From: a virus
Lineage: Duplodnaviria > Caudoviricetes
IMG/VR virus record: IMGVR_UViG_3300046011_007348
Location: 8,024 to 72,023 of that record
Strand: one strand, 5' to 3'
DNA length: 64,000 bases
Shown: positions 9,567 through 19,457 of the stretch, piece after piece
How the letters are laid out: each line of letters starts with the position of its first letter
How positions within the stretch are numbered: the first letter of the stretch is position 1
The notes under the pieces: generated by a model
Told to the model about the DNA's origin: nothing
Database searches by the model: none
What the model saw: only the letters and a program-made list of their open reading frames with translations
Program-made: the position numbers and the translations under genes

Positions 9567-11288
9567 TTAAACAGCAGTTAATTGAATGTTGGCGGAAGTT
9601 AAGGTATTAGCCGTGTAATTGAACTCTTGGAAACTCCCATAGAATCCTAATCTTGATAATACTTCAGTTTCATTAACTGCGGTAGTTGTAACCATAATAC
9701 TAATTATTGGTAATTCAGTAGTAGTATTTGTGGATATTCTTAGGTTTGTAGCAGTAATCGATATTCTTTTAACATATCCATAAAGAGTTCCTATATATAC
9801 AATAGCATTTGTAACACCATTTATTGAACTAAAATTAAGAGTAATTGTTTTTGTGCTACTGAACATAACACATGTTATGCCATTTATTGTCTGAGTTGTT
9901 AAACCAGATATTGTTTGATTGCTAGTTCCAGTTACTGGAGTCCATGCATCTACATTGCTACCACTAACAGTTAAACCACTATTAGATCTATAACTTCTAG
10001 TTACTCCAGTTGTTAAAGTAGTTGGTGCTGCTCCTAATGGAATAGTTAAACTTTTCTTAGCTAAAATCCAGAAAAGTGCTTTTTGCCCTGACACTGTTCC
10101 GTTTGAAAAGTTGTATTGTACTCCATTTAATGATTCATTGGTGTTTCTTAATGTTTGCTCCCATGTCTTCCATTCTTGGTTGTAATTATCTACTCGTTGT
10201 TGTAAAAGTGTTTTTGTTTGATCTTCAGTATTTATCCCATTTTCGTAATCATCTATAATATTATTCCAATCTGGTATAGTGTCTTGAATATTAGTAAAGC
10301 TAGGTTTTCTTCTGTCAATGTTTGTCAAAGATGCATTAACGTCAGAAGTAGTACGAATGTAAGTAACATTTTTTGATAAATTATTTGCAATTCCTGCTGC
10401 TATTGATATTATAAAATTATCAAGGCTTAAAGCTGACATTGCGTTGCTTCTTAATGGATCTGTGTACGTAATTGTGTTTACATGATCAGACGCTGATATG
10501 TGTGTAATGTTTATTCCGAATGAATATGGATACAAAAAATTAGTTACAAGAGAAGTGTCAAAAGGTGGTATAATCTCAAGATTGGTGCAATTTTGGAACA
10601 TTCCAGAGATACTACTTACTTTATATAATCTTGCAAAGATTAAAAATGTCAATCCAAAAAATGCGTTTGAAAAGCTTTTGTATGTAGTATTACTTATCGC
10701 TGGCGTTGTCTTAACATGTGAAGCAACAGTATTGAGACTATTTTGAGTAAGAAAAAAATGATCTAAAGAATTTAGATTGCTGTATTTAAGGTTTTGAGAC
10801 TTGCTTCCAAAATAATTCTCTATAATATTTTTATGCGTTATTTGAGAAGTTAAAACAATCCCAATTATAGATGTAAAATTTTGAACATTTCTGCTAAAAT
10901 CCCCATCTCTCCAGCATTTCAATACAACATTTTGCGTACTAGGTGGGACAGTTATTACAAATTGCAAAACACCATGTATGGCATCAGCAATATACAGAAA
11001 GCCATCAAATCCAGCTACTCCAAAGTTTATCAAAAAATTTTTAATTGAACCCATATTTATAGTTCTTAATCCAGTGCTAGTAGCAGGATTATAAATTGGC
11101 TGTTCACTACCAACAGTTTGTGTAGCTGGCACATTATTAACACTCCTATCCCCCCAGCTAGTTATATTATTAGTGCCAGAAGCTAATGTAATTGTAAAAG
11201 TAACTGTAGCATCATAAAATCTTAATACTTCAGGGAGTATTGATGATATATCAGCTGTTGCGTTTGTTTTAATTGCGATTTTGCCCAT
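9567..11288 (-). CDS. Putative tail fibre / receptor-binding protein with lectin-like and BspA-like LRR segments
   Basis: T/S/N rich; TSWGDRSVNN motif; ISGMFQNCTNLEIIPPFDTSLVTNF repeat unit. Confidence 0.55.
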   Translation of the reverse strand: MGKIAIKTNATADISSILPEVLRFYDATVTFTITLASGTNNITSWGDRSVNNVPATQTVGSEQPIYNPATSTGLRTINMGSIKNFLINFGVAGFDGFLYIADAIHGVLQFVITVPPSTQNVVLKCWRDGDFSRNVQNFTSIIGIVLTSQITHKNIIENYFGSKSQNLKYSNLNSLDHFFLTQNSLNTVASHVKTTPAISNTTYKSFSNAFFGLTFLIFARLYKVSSISGMFQNCTNLEIIPPFDTSLVTNFLYPYSFGINITHISASDHVNTITYTDPLRSNAMSALSLDNFIISIAAGIANNLSKNVTYIRTTSDVNASLTNIDRRKPSFTNIQDTIPDWNNIIDDYENGINTEDQTKTLLQQRVDNYNQEWKTWEQTLRNTNESLNGVQYNFSNGTVSGQKALFWILAKKSLTIPLGAAPTTLTTGVTRSYRSNSGLTVSGSNVDAWTPVTGTSNQTISGLTTQTINGITCVMFSSTKTITLNFSSINGVTNAIVYIGTLYGYVKRISITATNLRISTNTTTELPIISIMVTTTAVNETEVLSRLGFYGSFQEFNYTANTLTSANIQLTAV

Positions 11289-11297
11289 TGGTTTCTC

Positions 11298-13526
11298 CTA
11301 ATTACCTGGTACTCCATTACGGAAAAATGCAAGCAAAGCTACTATTGAAACTTGACTGCCGTTAGTTCTAATTATTGTGTTTTGCGGATTAGTTGTGTAA
11401 TCTGTAGAATTGGTTAACGGACTAGTGGAATTTTCTGCGGGGAATTCATAATTAACTACAACTGAACTAATGCCTGCTGCAATTCCATCGCTTACATTTC
11501 CTTTGGAGATAACTACACTGGTTGCATCAATAATTTCAACAATAATAGAAGGTGTGCTTGTTCTAGAAGCAAAAGGTACAGATATTGATGATGATGATAA
11601 TCTAACCGTGTCTCCTACTAAAAGATTTGTTGTAAGAATATTACTTATTGTAAAAAATGATGTTGTCGTTTCAGTCAAATAAGTTGTATTTGCAGTTATG
11701 GTTACATTAGTAAAAGTACTTCTAGTTTTAATAGGAATTAATTTAAAAGATATAACTAAATTATTCCCAGATACTGTTCTTGATACTGTATCTCCGCTAT
11801 AGTTAGAAATTCTTCTTAACTGAATATTGGAGTGAGTGCCAACAAATTGTTGATTCTGAAGGGTTTGTTTTTTAAAACAAATAGGCACGCCATTCTGAAA
11901 ATGATTTGCTATTGTGTTATTAATATTTCCATTTGGTGCGCCGCCTGCAATAGTAATTGTAACAACTTCTCCACTAAAAGTAAGAGTACTATTGGGTAAA
12001 TTTCCTCCATCTTGTAGTGACGATGCGCCTCCCACATGAGCTGCGGTGCTGCCATTAAAAGAATACCCGCCAGTTACTAGACTGGTTGGCATATAAAATT
12101 CAGAATCTGTTCTAACATCTTCTCCCCAAAGCAAAGATGAAGATATTTGAGCTAAAGCTAGATCAAGATACTGAGTTTCGCTCAAACCACCAGTAAGAAG
12201 TCCATGAGTTGTAACAGTTCTAGTAGGGTTAAATAATTCCCTAAATCCTGAAAAACGTATATTTGTGGGAGATACACTAGGATTAAAAATAAATTCTTTT
12301 AGATTTCTTAATGCACTAAAATTAGGTTTATTCGTATTAGCTAAAAAATATATAACTGTCTCAAGATTCAAACATTTTGGTACATTTGCGATTGTAGTAG
12401 GAATATCAAAACAACCTTCTACAAATAAAGTCTTAAGAGATTGTAATGGTAACGGAAGTTGTCCTATAGCTGGTTTGAATTGTCTTATAGCATTTACGCT
12501 AGGGCTTGTTAAATCATCTACAGATCTAATTTCTAATTCTTGCAAGTTACTTAAGTTTTGTATTGAAGTTGAGTTAAATATACTAGTTCCAGTCCCAGTA
12601 GATGGATTAACGATTCTAATTCCCAGTAAATCAGTTAAGCTACTGAATGCAATTCTGATAACAATTGGTAATGCTGCAAAACTTTGACTAGTAATTGTTC
12701 TCCAACTAGAAGTTATCGTATTGACATTTTCTATGCTTTCGTTCGGGAAAGTAATCGTGTAATTTTTCCCTGCGTTTGTTAATAATTCTATTCTAGATAA
12801 TCTACTTGCTGTTCCAGTTGCGTAATCTCCACTTAATGCAAGTCCATCAAATCTTTGTGCTTGACTGGTAAGTCCATTACACAAAATCCAAATTTCTTTG
12901 CTGTAATCTATTGAAGGTACAGTAAATCCAGATCCACCTTCCAATCCAATATTAGTTATTGTGTTATTATTAAAACCACACACTCCGACTACATATAATG
13001 GCATGCTAGTTTGTATTGCAGATGTAAAAACAATAGTTGAGCCTACTTGGTAAGTTGCAACTCCGTTTTTAATTTCTATAGACAACACGCTAGATGGAGT
13101 GTGTTGAGTCCCAAGCTGTGTTAATGTATTTTCATGAACAACCCATAGTCGGTTTTGATTGTTTGTAATATTAAAAGGATTGCATATAAATCCATAAGCA
13201 ATTGATTTAGTAATTGTATTTATATGTGTTGCATATAGAGGGGGAATGCCTAATGTGAAACCACAAGCAGCGCTTAACACTGTGCCACCACCGGTTCCCA
13301 TGCTAAATTCTAATTTTCCAATATAATTTGATGGCAAATTTGATGGCAATCTTAAATTAAGCATTCTCCAACCAGCGGAAGATACAAATGAATTATTGTA
13401 TCCAGAAACGCCGTTGACTAAGCTTTCAATAAAACTATCGCTTCCAAGATTAGAATTTGGTTGAGTATATCTATACACAAATTGTTCATTTGATGAGCCT
13501 TGTCTAAGTAAAACATTTGTAGCCAT
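11298..13526 (-). CDS. Putative virion structural / tail fibre protein with LRR-like region
   Basis: LSNLQELEI, LQSLKTLFV, LRNLKEF repeats; beta-rich. Confidence 0.5.
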   Translation of the reverse strand: MATNVLLRQGSSNEQFVYRYTQPNSNLGSDSFIESLVNGVSGYNNSFVSSAGWRMLNLRLPSNLPSNYIGKLEFSMGTGGGTVLSAACGFTLGIPPLYATHINTITKSIAYGFICNPFNITNNQNRLWVVHENTLTQLGTQHTPSSVLSIEIKNGVATYQVGSTIVFTSAIQTSMPLYVVGVCGFNNNTITNIGLEGGSGFTVPSIDYSKEIWILCNGLTSQAQRFDGLALSGDYATGTASRLSRIELLTNAGKNYTITFPNESIENVNTITSSWRTITSQSFAALPIVIRIAFSSLTDLLGIRIVNPSTGTGTSIFNSTSIQNLSNLQELEIRSVDDLTSPSVNAIRQFKPAIGQLPLPLQSLKTLFVEGCFDIPTTIANVPKCLNLETVIYFLANTNKPNFSALRNLKEFIFNPSVSPTNIRFSGFRELFNPTRTVTTHGLLTGGLSETQYLDLALAQISSSLLWGEDVRTDSEFYMPTSLVTGGYSFNGSTAAHVGGASSLQDGGNLPNSTLTFSGEVVTITIAGGAPNGNINNTIANHFQNGVPICFKKQTLQNQQFVGTHSNIQLRRISNYSGDTVSRTVSGNNLVISFKLIPIKTRSTFTNVTITANTTYLTETTTSFFTISNILTTNLLVGDTVRLSSSSISVPFASRTSTPSIIVEIIDATSVVISKGNVSDGIAAGISSVVVNYEFPAENSTSPLTNSTDYTTNPQNTIIRTNGSQVSIVALLAFFRNGVPGN

Positions 13527-16057
13527 TATATTTGTCCTGTAATAATAGAAATTGTACCACTACCTATATTAACAACATGTAAAGGATTTTGTTCAGTGAC
13601 GTTTGCTGTTACAGTCATACTACCAAATCCTGAAAGCCATTCAATTTGTTCATTTATCTTACTTGGTAATTCTCCTAAATGCTTCATATAAAATAAAACA
13701 AGATCTTGTGATGACAAAGAATTATTAAAGGTGTCGTAAGTTGTAGTAAAAAACTCTCTGTAATCCTGAAATAAATCAGCTATTTTTAATTGCTTGCTAC
13801 CATTTCCAATAATCATACTTGCTATAATATCACCAATAGGATTATATCCATCATTTTGGATTAACGCTGTTATTCCAGCTGCCAACAAGTTGCCTTTTAA
13901 AAATGCCCCAGGAGCTAATAAATCTATAAATGTTGTCTGAGAATTAAGTTCCATTAATATGGGTGATGTGTTGTACAGAATTGTTTTTAAATCAGCATCT
14001 ACTGAAATACCAATAGTTGGGAAAGTTGTATTAATTGTCGTTACACTATTTAGTCCATCATAATTACGTCTTCTTACTACGCCAGCTGTTGTACTACTAG
14101 CAACATATACAACGTCAACTGCATCTACAGATGTAATTATATCCGGGTTGGCTAAGCTAATATTAAATGTAAATTGATTATCAAGTGTGTATGCAGTAGC
14201 TGTGCCAAATCTAGTATAAGCTCGAACAACTCCTGCGAATGTTGCGAATAATTTTAATTGGCTGTACGTTATTGCAAGTGGAACTTCAAACTGTTGGCTA
14301 ATAGTCTGTAGTAAACTAACGGCTGAAGTAGTAGCACTATAAACTAAAATAGAAGTTGAGGTTAAAACAAAAAATCTATTATCAGCTGCTAATACAGAAG
14401 CATTTGGTGGTATTATTAGCCCAGATTCAGAATAAAGCAAGACTGGTTCTAACCAATTTGTTATATTCCAAACTGTAAATCCTGTTGAGTTTGTAATAAT
14501 TAATCTATCTTGAGCTGGACTGGTAATTGTTATGATTGCTAAATCTATTGAATCAGGCACGCTAGGAGGGATAAAACTTGTAATAGTATCTCCTGTTATT
14601 CCATTCAATATTAGTATTGTAGATGAATTGTCTTCAGCAACATAAAGTACATCGTTTTTAGTAAAATAAGCAATATTTCTAGCGTTTCTATCTATTCTTC
14701 TAACAACATTTTGCAAGGTTGTTGATACAATCAATACATCTTTTGATGAAGGCTCAATTAAATAAACTAAATTATTTGGATCATATTGTTCTTGTACTGA
14801 TGGATTTAGATTAATTGTTGCAGAATTAGCAGGAGTAACTCTAAATCTTCTAGCTACTATTTCCGTGGGGACATTGCTGATTGCATTTAAATATTTAGGA
14901 TAGTGTTTAGTATAGTTAAATCTAGAATTAAATAGTTCTTTTGTTAGCATTCCAAATAAAAATATCTCTTTAGCTGGTGTTAAATTCTGGAATTGTCCAG
15001 CAGCAGAAAACATTTTTACTACTGAATTAGTTGATCCTATTTTTGTGACAGAAGTTCCATATTTTTTTAATTTACTATACCCACTTGTTATTTTAGTTCG
15101 ATGTATAAAAGTTACTGGTAACGCAGATGCATTACGCTCTGGGAAATCTAAAGTGTCTGAAATATTTATTTTATGGAACATTACCCATGTAGTTGATCCG
15201 CCTGCTCTTGCATCTGGGACGTAAGCGTAAAATTTTACGGCACTACCATCGTAACTGCCAATTTCAATTCCAAGCATGACTACGCGAGAAAAATTTATAG
15301 TATGCCCAGATATTCCTGTTCCATCTAATTTGTCAACAAACGAACTTCTATTATAAACGATATTTGTAACAATATTTGAAGAGTCAGTGTATCTTCTAAC
15401 TACTCTAAAATTATTACCTGAACCATCGCCTTGAATTTCTATATACCATCCAGAAGTAGATGAGAACAATCCACATTGAGAGATGCAATTATCGCTAACA
15501 CTTTCTCTGACAATACCAAAAGATGCAAACGTGTTGGCAGCAACGTCGCAATCAAAAACTTGCTTGGTTGAACAAGCTGCGTTTCGTGGTGGATCACTTG
15601 GATTATTTGGATCATTGTCATATTGAGTGTCAATAGTTAATTCAACAGCTGAGTTTTCGTACTTGGCATAAGTTACAATTCCAGCATATAAATCAAGCAT
15701 TATGCTTTGACTAGGAGAGTTGTCTAACCAAATACCTTGATAATCAGATGTTAAAGGGGCATTTTGTAAAAGTGTTTTTTTAATGCCACCTCCACTAACA
15801 AGTCCTAAGACTATATCCCAGTCATTTTTATCTATTCCGTATTGGTGTGTGTCTGCAAACAATATTTGGCGTTTATCTTCAATAGGAAAGCCAAACATTG
15901 TAGTTTCAATGTCTTCTGGTAATGACTTGTTTACTCTATTTACTTGGTAAACTGGATCATTAGCTAAAGTGACAGAATAAGAAGTTGCCGCAGGTTTTTG
16001 TCCATAGTCCGCAGCATTTTCCCCCAATGAATCCGGTATATATATGTAGTCTGCCAT
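13526..16057 (-). CDS. Putative virion structural protein with beta-propeller-like insert
   Basis: N-terminus paralogous to next gene (MFGFPIE..RQ); VLYVAED/VVYVASS blade-like repeats. Confidence 0.55.
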   Translation of the reverse strand: MADYIYIPDSLGENAADYGQKPAATSYSVTLANDPVYQVNRVNKSLPEDIETTMFGFPIEDKRQILFADTHQYGIDKNDWDIVLGLVSGGGIKKTLLQNAPLTSDYQGIWLDNSPSQSIMLDLYAGIVTYAKYENSAVELTIDTQYDNDPNNPSDPPRNAACSTKQVFDCDVAANTFASFGIVRESVSDNCISQCGLFSSTSGWYIEIQGDGSGNNFRVVRRYTDSSNIVTNIVYNRSSFVDKLDGTGISGHTINFSRVVMLGIEIGSYDGSAVKFYAYVPDARAGGSTTWVMFHKINISDTLDFPERNASALPVTFIHRTKITSGYSKLKKYGTSVTKIGSTNSVVKMFSAAGQFQNLTPAKEIFLFGMLTKELFNSRFNYTKHYPKYLNAISNVPTEIVARRFRVTPANSATINLNPSVQEQYDPNNLVYLIEPSSKDVLIVSTTLQNVVRRIDRNARNIAYFTKNDVLYVAEDNSSTILILNGITGDTITSFIPPSVPDSIDLAIITITSPAQDRLIITNSTGFTVWNITNWLEPVLLYSESGLIIPPNASVLAADNRFFVLTSTSILVYSATTSAVSLLQTISQQFEVPLAITYSQLKLFATFAGVVRAYTRFGTATAYTLDNQFTFNISLANPDIITSVDAVDVVYVASSTTAGVVRRRNYDGLNSVTTINTTFPTIGISVDADLKTILYNTSPILMELNSQTTFIDLLAPGAFLKGNLLAAGITALIQNDGYNPIGDIIASMIIGNGSKQLKIADLFQDYREFFTTTYDTFNNSLSSQDLVLFYMKHLGELPSKINEQIEWLSGFGSMTVTANVTEQNPLHVVNIGSGTISIITGQI

Positions 16058-18039
16058 TATTGAACTCCAAATACAAGACTACAAGATGCTGTTGTGCTAC
16101 TTGTTGAAAGACTTCTTGCTATAACAAGCAAGATGTCTCCAGGAACATTGTTAGCTACGCCTTCAGCGCGTCCTAACAACTCTCTTTGGGGATCGAAAAT
16201 TTCTGTTAAGTCAAATTCAGTGCCTTCGTTTGCACCACAGTAAAAAGCTCCAATTACTTTAGTCGCTCCATTAATACTAGGATATCCGTTCAATGTTTGA
16301 ATTGTACTAGAATTCCAGTATGGTGGGTTAATAATTGCTACCGCATCTAATGACACAGCTGCGTTTTGAGCTGTTAATATATTTGAACCTTCTGGTGTTA
16401 AATAACTATTAAGCCAACTACCAGCCGCTTTAACTAAATAAAATTCTGTATTTTGCGTTGAACTAATATATAACTTATATGGGTATGCTCTAGATTTCTG
16501 AGGACGAGATTGACTTATATCGTTGTTCCATATATATGGACGCATGACTATAGCAAGCATTGGTAAGTAGTTAGTGTTGGCAATACTAACGCTAGTTGCT
16601 GAACCTGTTTTAACAATTGCTGGGCGAGGATCTCCTCCATCAATCCAAATAGATACGCCGAATCTTCTTAGTAATCCTGGGATTGTTGAACTAGTAAATC
16701 CGCCGAGAGAAAAATCAGATTGGAAACTGTTACTAGAATTAATTTGTTTTCCGTACAAATAAGTTACAGGCATATCTGGATTAGACATACTTGGAACTGG
16801 CAAAGTATCTCCCACTCTTATTTCATGTCCGGTAACCCATCTTGTTGCTCCATTAAAAGGCACGTTTCTATCAGGAATGTAAGCTAATCCTTTACCACCA
16901 GATCCGCCGTACCAGCTTCTTTGTATAAGAAACATGCATAAATTAGAGCGCTCATTGATATAAATTGTTCCATTTAATGCTCCTCCTGTTATTGCTTGGT
17001 TTATAGTAATAGCTGTAATATTTCCCGAAGTAATTGTTACTGCTGTAATTCTTGTGTCTGCCGGGATATTAGTACCACGCACTGTCATTCCTATTGCTAA
17101 AGGGGCGGAAGTACTAGGGACAGGACTACCAAAATTTATTGCCGAGCTATTATTATTACCTGTGCAACTAGCTATCTCATAGCTGTCAGTAATAAAACTA
17201 ATTTGCTTAGCAGAGTTGCCAGCTGTTCCATCTATTTGTGGACTGCCTTCTTGATTTCTTCCTGTGTATTTATCTCTGTTAAAATTACTGCCTACCATAG
17301 AAGTGTAAGCTATTTCTTCCCAGGTGTTACTTCCTATGTAGTTGGTGTTGGTTCCATTCCCAACTAAATATTCTGGGCGAAACATTAAGCTATTCCCGAC
17401 TTGAACTCCTTGGCTAGTATTTCCTTGTTCATAAAAATCTTTTTTTACTTGGTTAGAAGCAGTCCCTGGTGGTACAGCAGAAGTGCGTCTAAAAAACAAT
17501 AAATAATTACGCCATATTCTTAAATTACCAGTGGCATCACCTCTTTTTGTTAGAACTCGCCAACCATAGCCATCGAATTTAGTAAATTCTCCCCACTGGA
17601 CAAAGCAATTATGAATAGCAGGCCCAATAGCACATTGAATAGCTTGTGATACTGAAATTTGTTTACCAGGCTGATATTTATAGGCGAATTTAGTTTGATG
17701 TGTTGAAAAATCATTTGTTCCTAAACTTAATTGTACACAGCTTCTATTTGGATCGTATGTAAAAGTGCCTGTGCTTTCCCAAACAGATGAGTCTATACCA
17801 TAGCTTGGTAATTCTTGTAATAAAAATTGTCTTTGTTCTGTGATTGGAAAACCAAACATTGATGATTTAACATCGCTGACTATAGATGTTGCATCTTGAA
17901 TATTTAATGATGCTTGATCTGATGCTAAAACTACAGAAATTGAGTTAGCAGCTGTTTGTCTCCCTGGTTGGATAGGAACACTTCTAGACACAGATACTGC
18001 ATTATCTGTTTGTTCTCCGGTTATTATAATATCACTCAT
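16057..18039 (-). CDS. Putative virion structural / tail protein
   Basis: MFGFPITEQRQ, YKYQPGK, WYGGSG, PSMSNPDMPV motifs resemble cyanophage structural proteins. Confidence 0.55.
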   Translation of the reverse strand: MSDIIITGEQTDNAVSVSRSVPIQPGRQTAANSISVVLASDQASLNIQDATSIVSDVKSSMFGFPITEQRQFLLQELPSYGIDSSVWESTGTFTYDPNRSCVQLSLGTNDFSTHQTKFAYKYQPGKQISVSQAIQCAIGPAIHNCFVQWGEFTKFDGYGWRVLTKRGDATGNLRIWRNYLLFFRRTSAVPPGTASNQVKKDFYEQGNTSQGVQVGNSLMFRPEYLVGNGTNTNYIGSNTWEEIAYTSMVGSNFNRDKYTGRNQEGSPQIDGTAGNSAKQISFITDSYEIASCTGNNNSSAINFGSPVPSTSAPLAIGMTVRGTNIPADTRITAVTITSGNITAITINQAITGGALNGTIYINERSNLCMFLIQRSWYGGSGGKGLAYIPDRNVPFNGATRWVTGHEIRVGDTLPVPSMSNPDMPVTYLYGKQINSSNSFQSDFSLGGFTSSTIPGLLRRFGVSIWIDGGDPRPAIVKTGSATSVSIANTNYLPMLAIVMRPYIWNNDISQSRPQKSRAYPYKLYISSTQNTEFYLVKAAGSWLNSYLTPEGSNILTAQNAAVSLDAVAIINPPYWNSSTIQTLNGYPSINGATKVIGAFYCGANEGTEFDLTEIFDPQRELLGRAEGVANNVPGDILLVIARSLSTSSTTASCSLVFGVQ

Positions 18040-19163
18040 TGTAAATCACTCCAACTATCTGTAAATGTACAATTCCCTTCCATAACTCTAACAGTGTCTC
18101 CGTTATTCAATCTAACTAATATTTCATATCCATATTCTCCATCCATATCGTAAAATTCAGCGCTGTTTACGTATAATTCTAAACTAATTGTGTTGAATGG
18201 TATTACTCCAACCATGAATTTGGAATAAGGAGGGATGATAACATTACCTTCGGGTGCCAAAAGTTTTACTGTTGGTGTAGTTAATGCAGTAGGAGGGATT
18301 CCTACAAAATTTTCCTTGAAAGCTACTGCTCCTACATATTTCCATTCTTTATCAACATTAGAATAAGATTGAACATACAATCTTGTATTTGCAGTCATTG
18401 CGGGTAAACCTAAATACCAGCCTTGGATGCTTACATCTACTCCTGTTGTATTAGTTGAGTTAATCGCTATATCCGCACTTCCGTTGTTTAAGTAACCATG
18501 ACTATTTGTAACATAACAGTTGTAGCCATTAAGAGTGCCAGCGACAACTGTTTCTCTAATTTCAATACTTGTTTGTCCAGCATTTACAGTGTTTGCTACT
18601 GTAACTCCTGTTACTAATGTACCACTTGTAAAAGCAAGTATACTGCCAGCGGGGATTTGTTGAGTTACGCCTGTTACATTTAATGTATTTGATGTATTGC
18701 TAGTTACATTTACAGTAAAGCTGCTTGCTACATTAGCATGAAACGCAGCCACTGATGCAGAACGATTAAATATTCTAGCTTCACTAACTGTTTTAGTTGC
18801 ATTAGAACTTAAAACAAGAGTAGAGTCAGTAACAGCGTCTACTTTAGCAATTGCAACAGCGCCTTCAATAATTACTTTATCCCCAACTCTAACAGGCAGT
18901 AAAGACAATATTTTACTTTTGTCAGCTGTAGCAGGATATGCTTTAATTTGTACATTTGGGGTGTTAATTGTAGTAGATGCAGTAAATCGTTTAACTAAAC
19001 TAAATCCCGGAGATTTACGTCGAACTTCTCCAAATACCAAAGCATTTGCAAAGTTCATGCCATAACTACCTGTTACAGTTAAATTAAATCTAGCTGTCTC
19101 ACCTTTTTTAAGTAATAAATCTAATTTTTGTGTATTAAACTGAGGTTTAAATGGTTCAGTCAT
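18036..19163 (-). CDS. Putative baseplate-upper / fibre adaptor protein
   Basis: BppU-like termini (LLLKKGET...GEVRR; YGYEILV...VRVMEG) with inserted beta domains. Confidence 0.45.
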   Translation of the reverse strand: MTEPFKPQFNTQKLDLLLKKGETARFNLTVTGSYGMNFANALVFGEVRRKSPGFSLVKRFTASTTINTPNVQIKAYPATADKSKILSLLPVRVGDKVIIEGAVAIAKVDAVTDSTLVLSSNATKTVSEARIFNRSASVAAFHANVASSFTVNVTSNTSNTLNVTGVTQQIPAGSILAFTSGTLVTGVTVANTVNAGQTSIEIRETVVAGTLNGYNCYVTNSHGYLNNGSADIAINSTNTTGVDVSIQGWYLGLPAMTANTRLYVQSYSNVDKEWKYVGAVAFKENFVGIPPTALTTPTVKLLAPEGNVIIPPYSKFMVGVIPFNTISLELYVNSAEFYDMDGEYGYEILVRLNNGDTVRVMEGNCTFTDSWSDLQ

Positions 19164-19362
19164 AATCTAATTCCAATAAATAAGACGGACTAATTTCCAA
19201 TACTTTAGCTATTTTTTTAATTAAGCAAGCACGTTTAATTCCATTACTTTCCGCCCTAACGAGAGTCATGCGGCTAACTCCAATACAATTTGCTAGTTGT
19301 TGGCAACTAAAACCTTTTTCAATTCTACATTTTTTTAAATAGCTTCCCTGCCTTTTGGACAT
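19156..19362 (-). CDS. XRE-family HTH regulator
   Basis: LKKCRIEKGFSCQQLANCIGVSRMTLVRAE...IAKVLEIS. Confidence 0.9.
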   Translation of the reverse strand: MSKRQGSYLKKCRIEKGFSCQQLANCIGVSRMTLVRAESNGIKRACLIKKIAKVLEISPSYLLELDYD

Positions 19363-19424
19363 AATTTAATACCATAAAAGATACAGCTACAATAATTATT
19401 GCCATTATAATTAGCGAGAATAGT

Positions 19425-19453
19425 TTAAGCTAAAAACAAGTGTTTTAGCTTAA
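19425..19453. promoter_or_regulatory. Inverted repeat immediately upstream of major capsid ATG
   Basis: TTAAGCTAAAA-N7-TTTTAGCTTAA. Confidence 0.5.
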
Positions 19454-19457
19454 TTGT

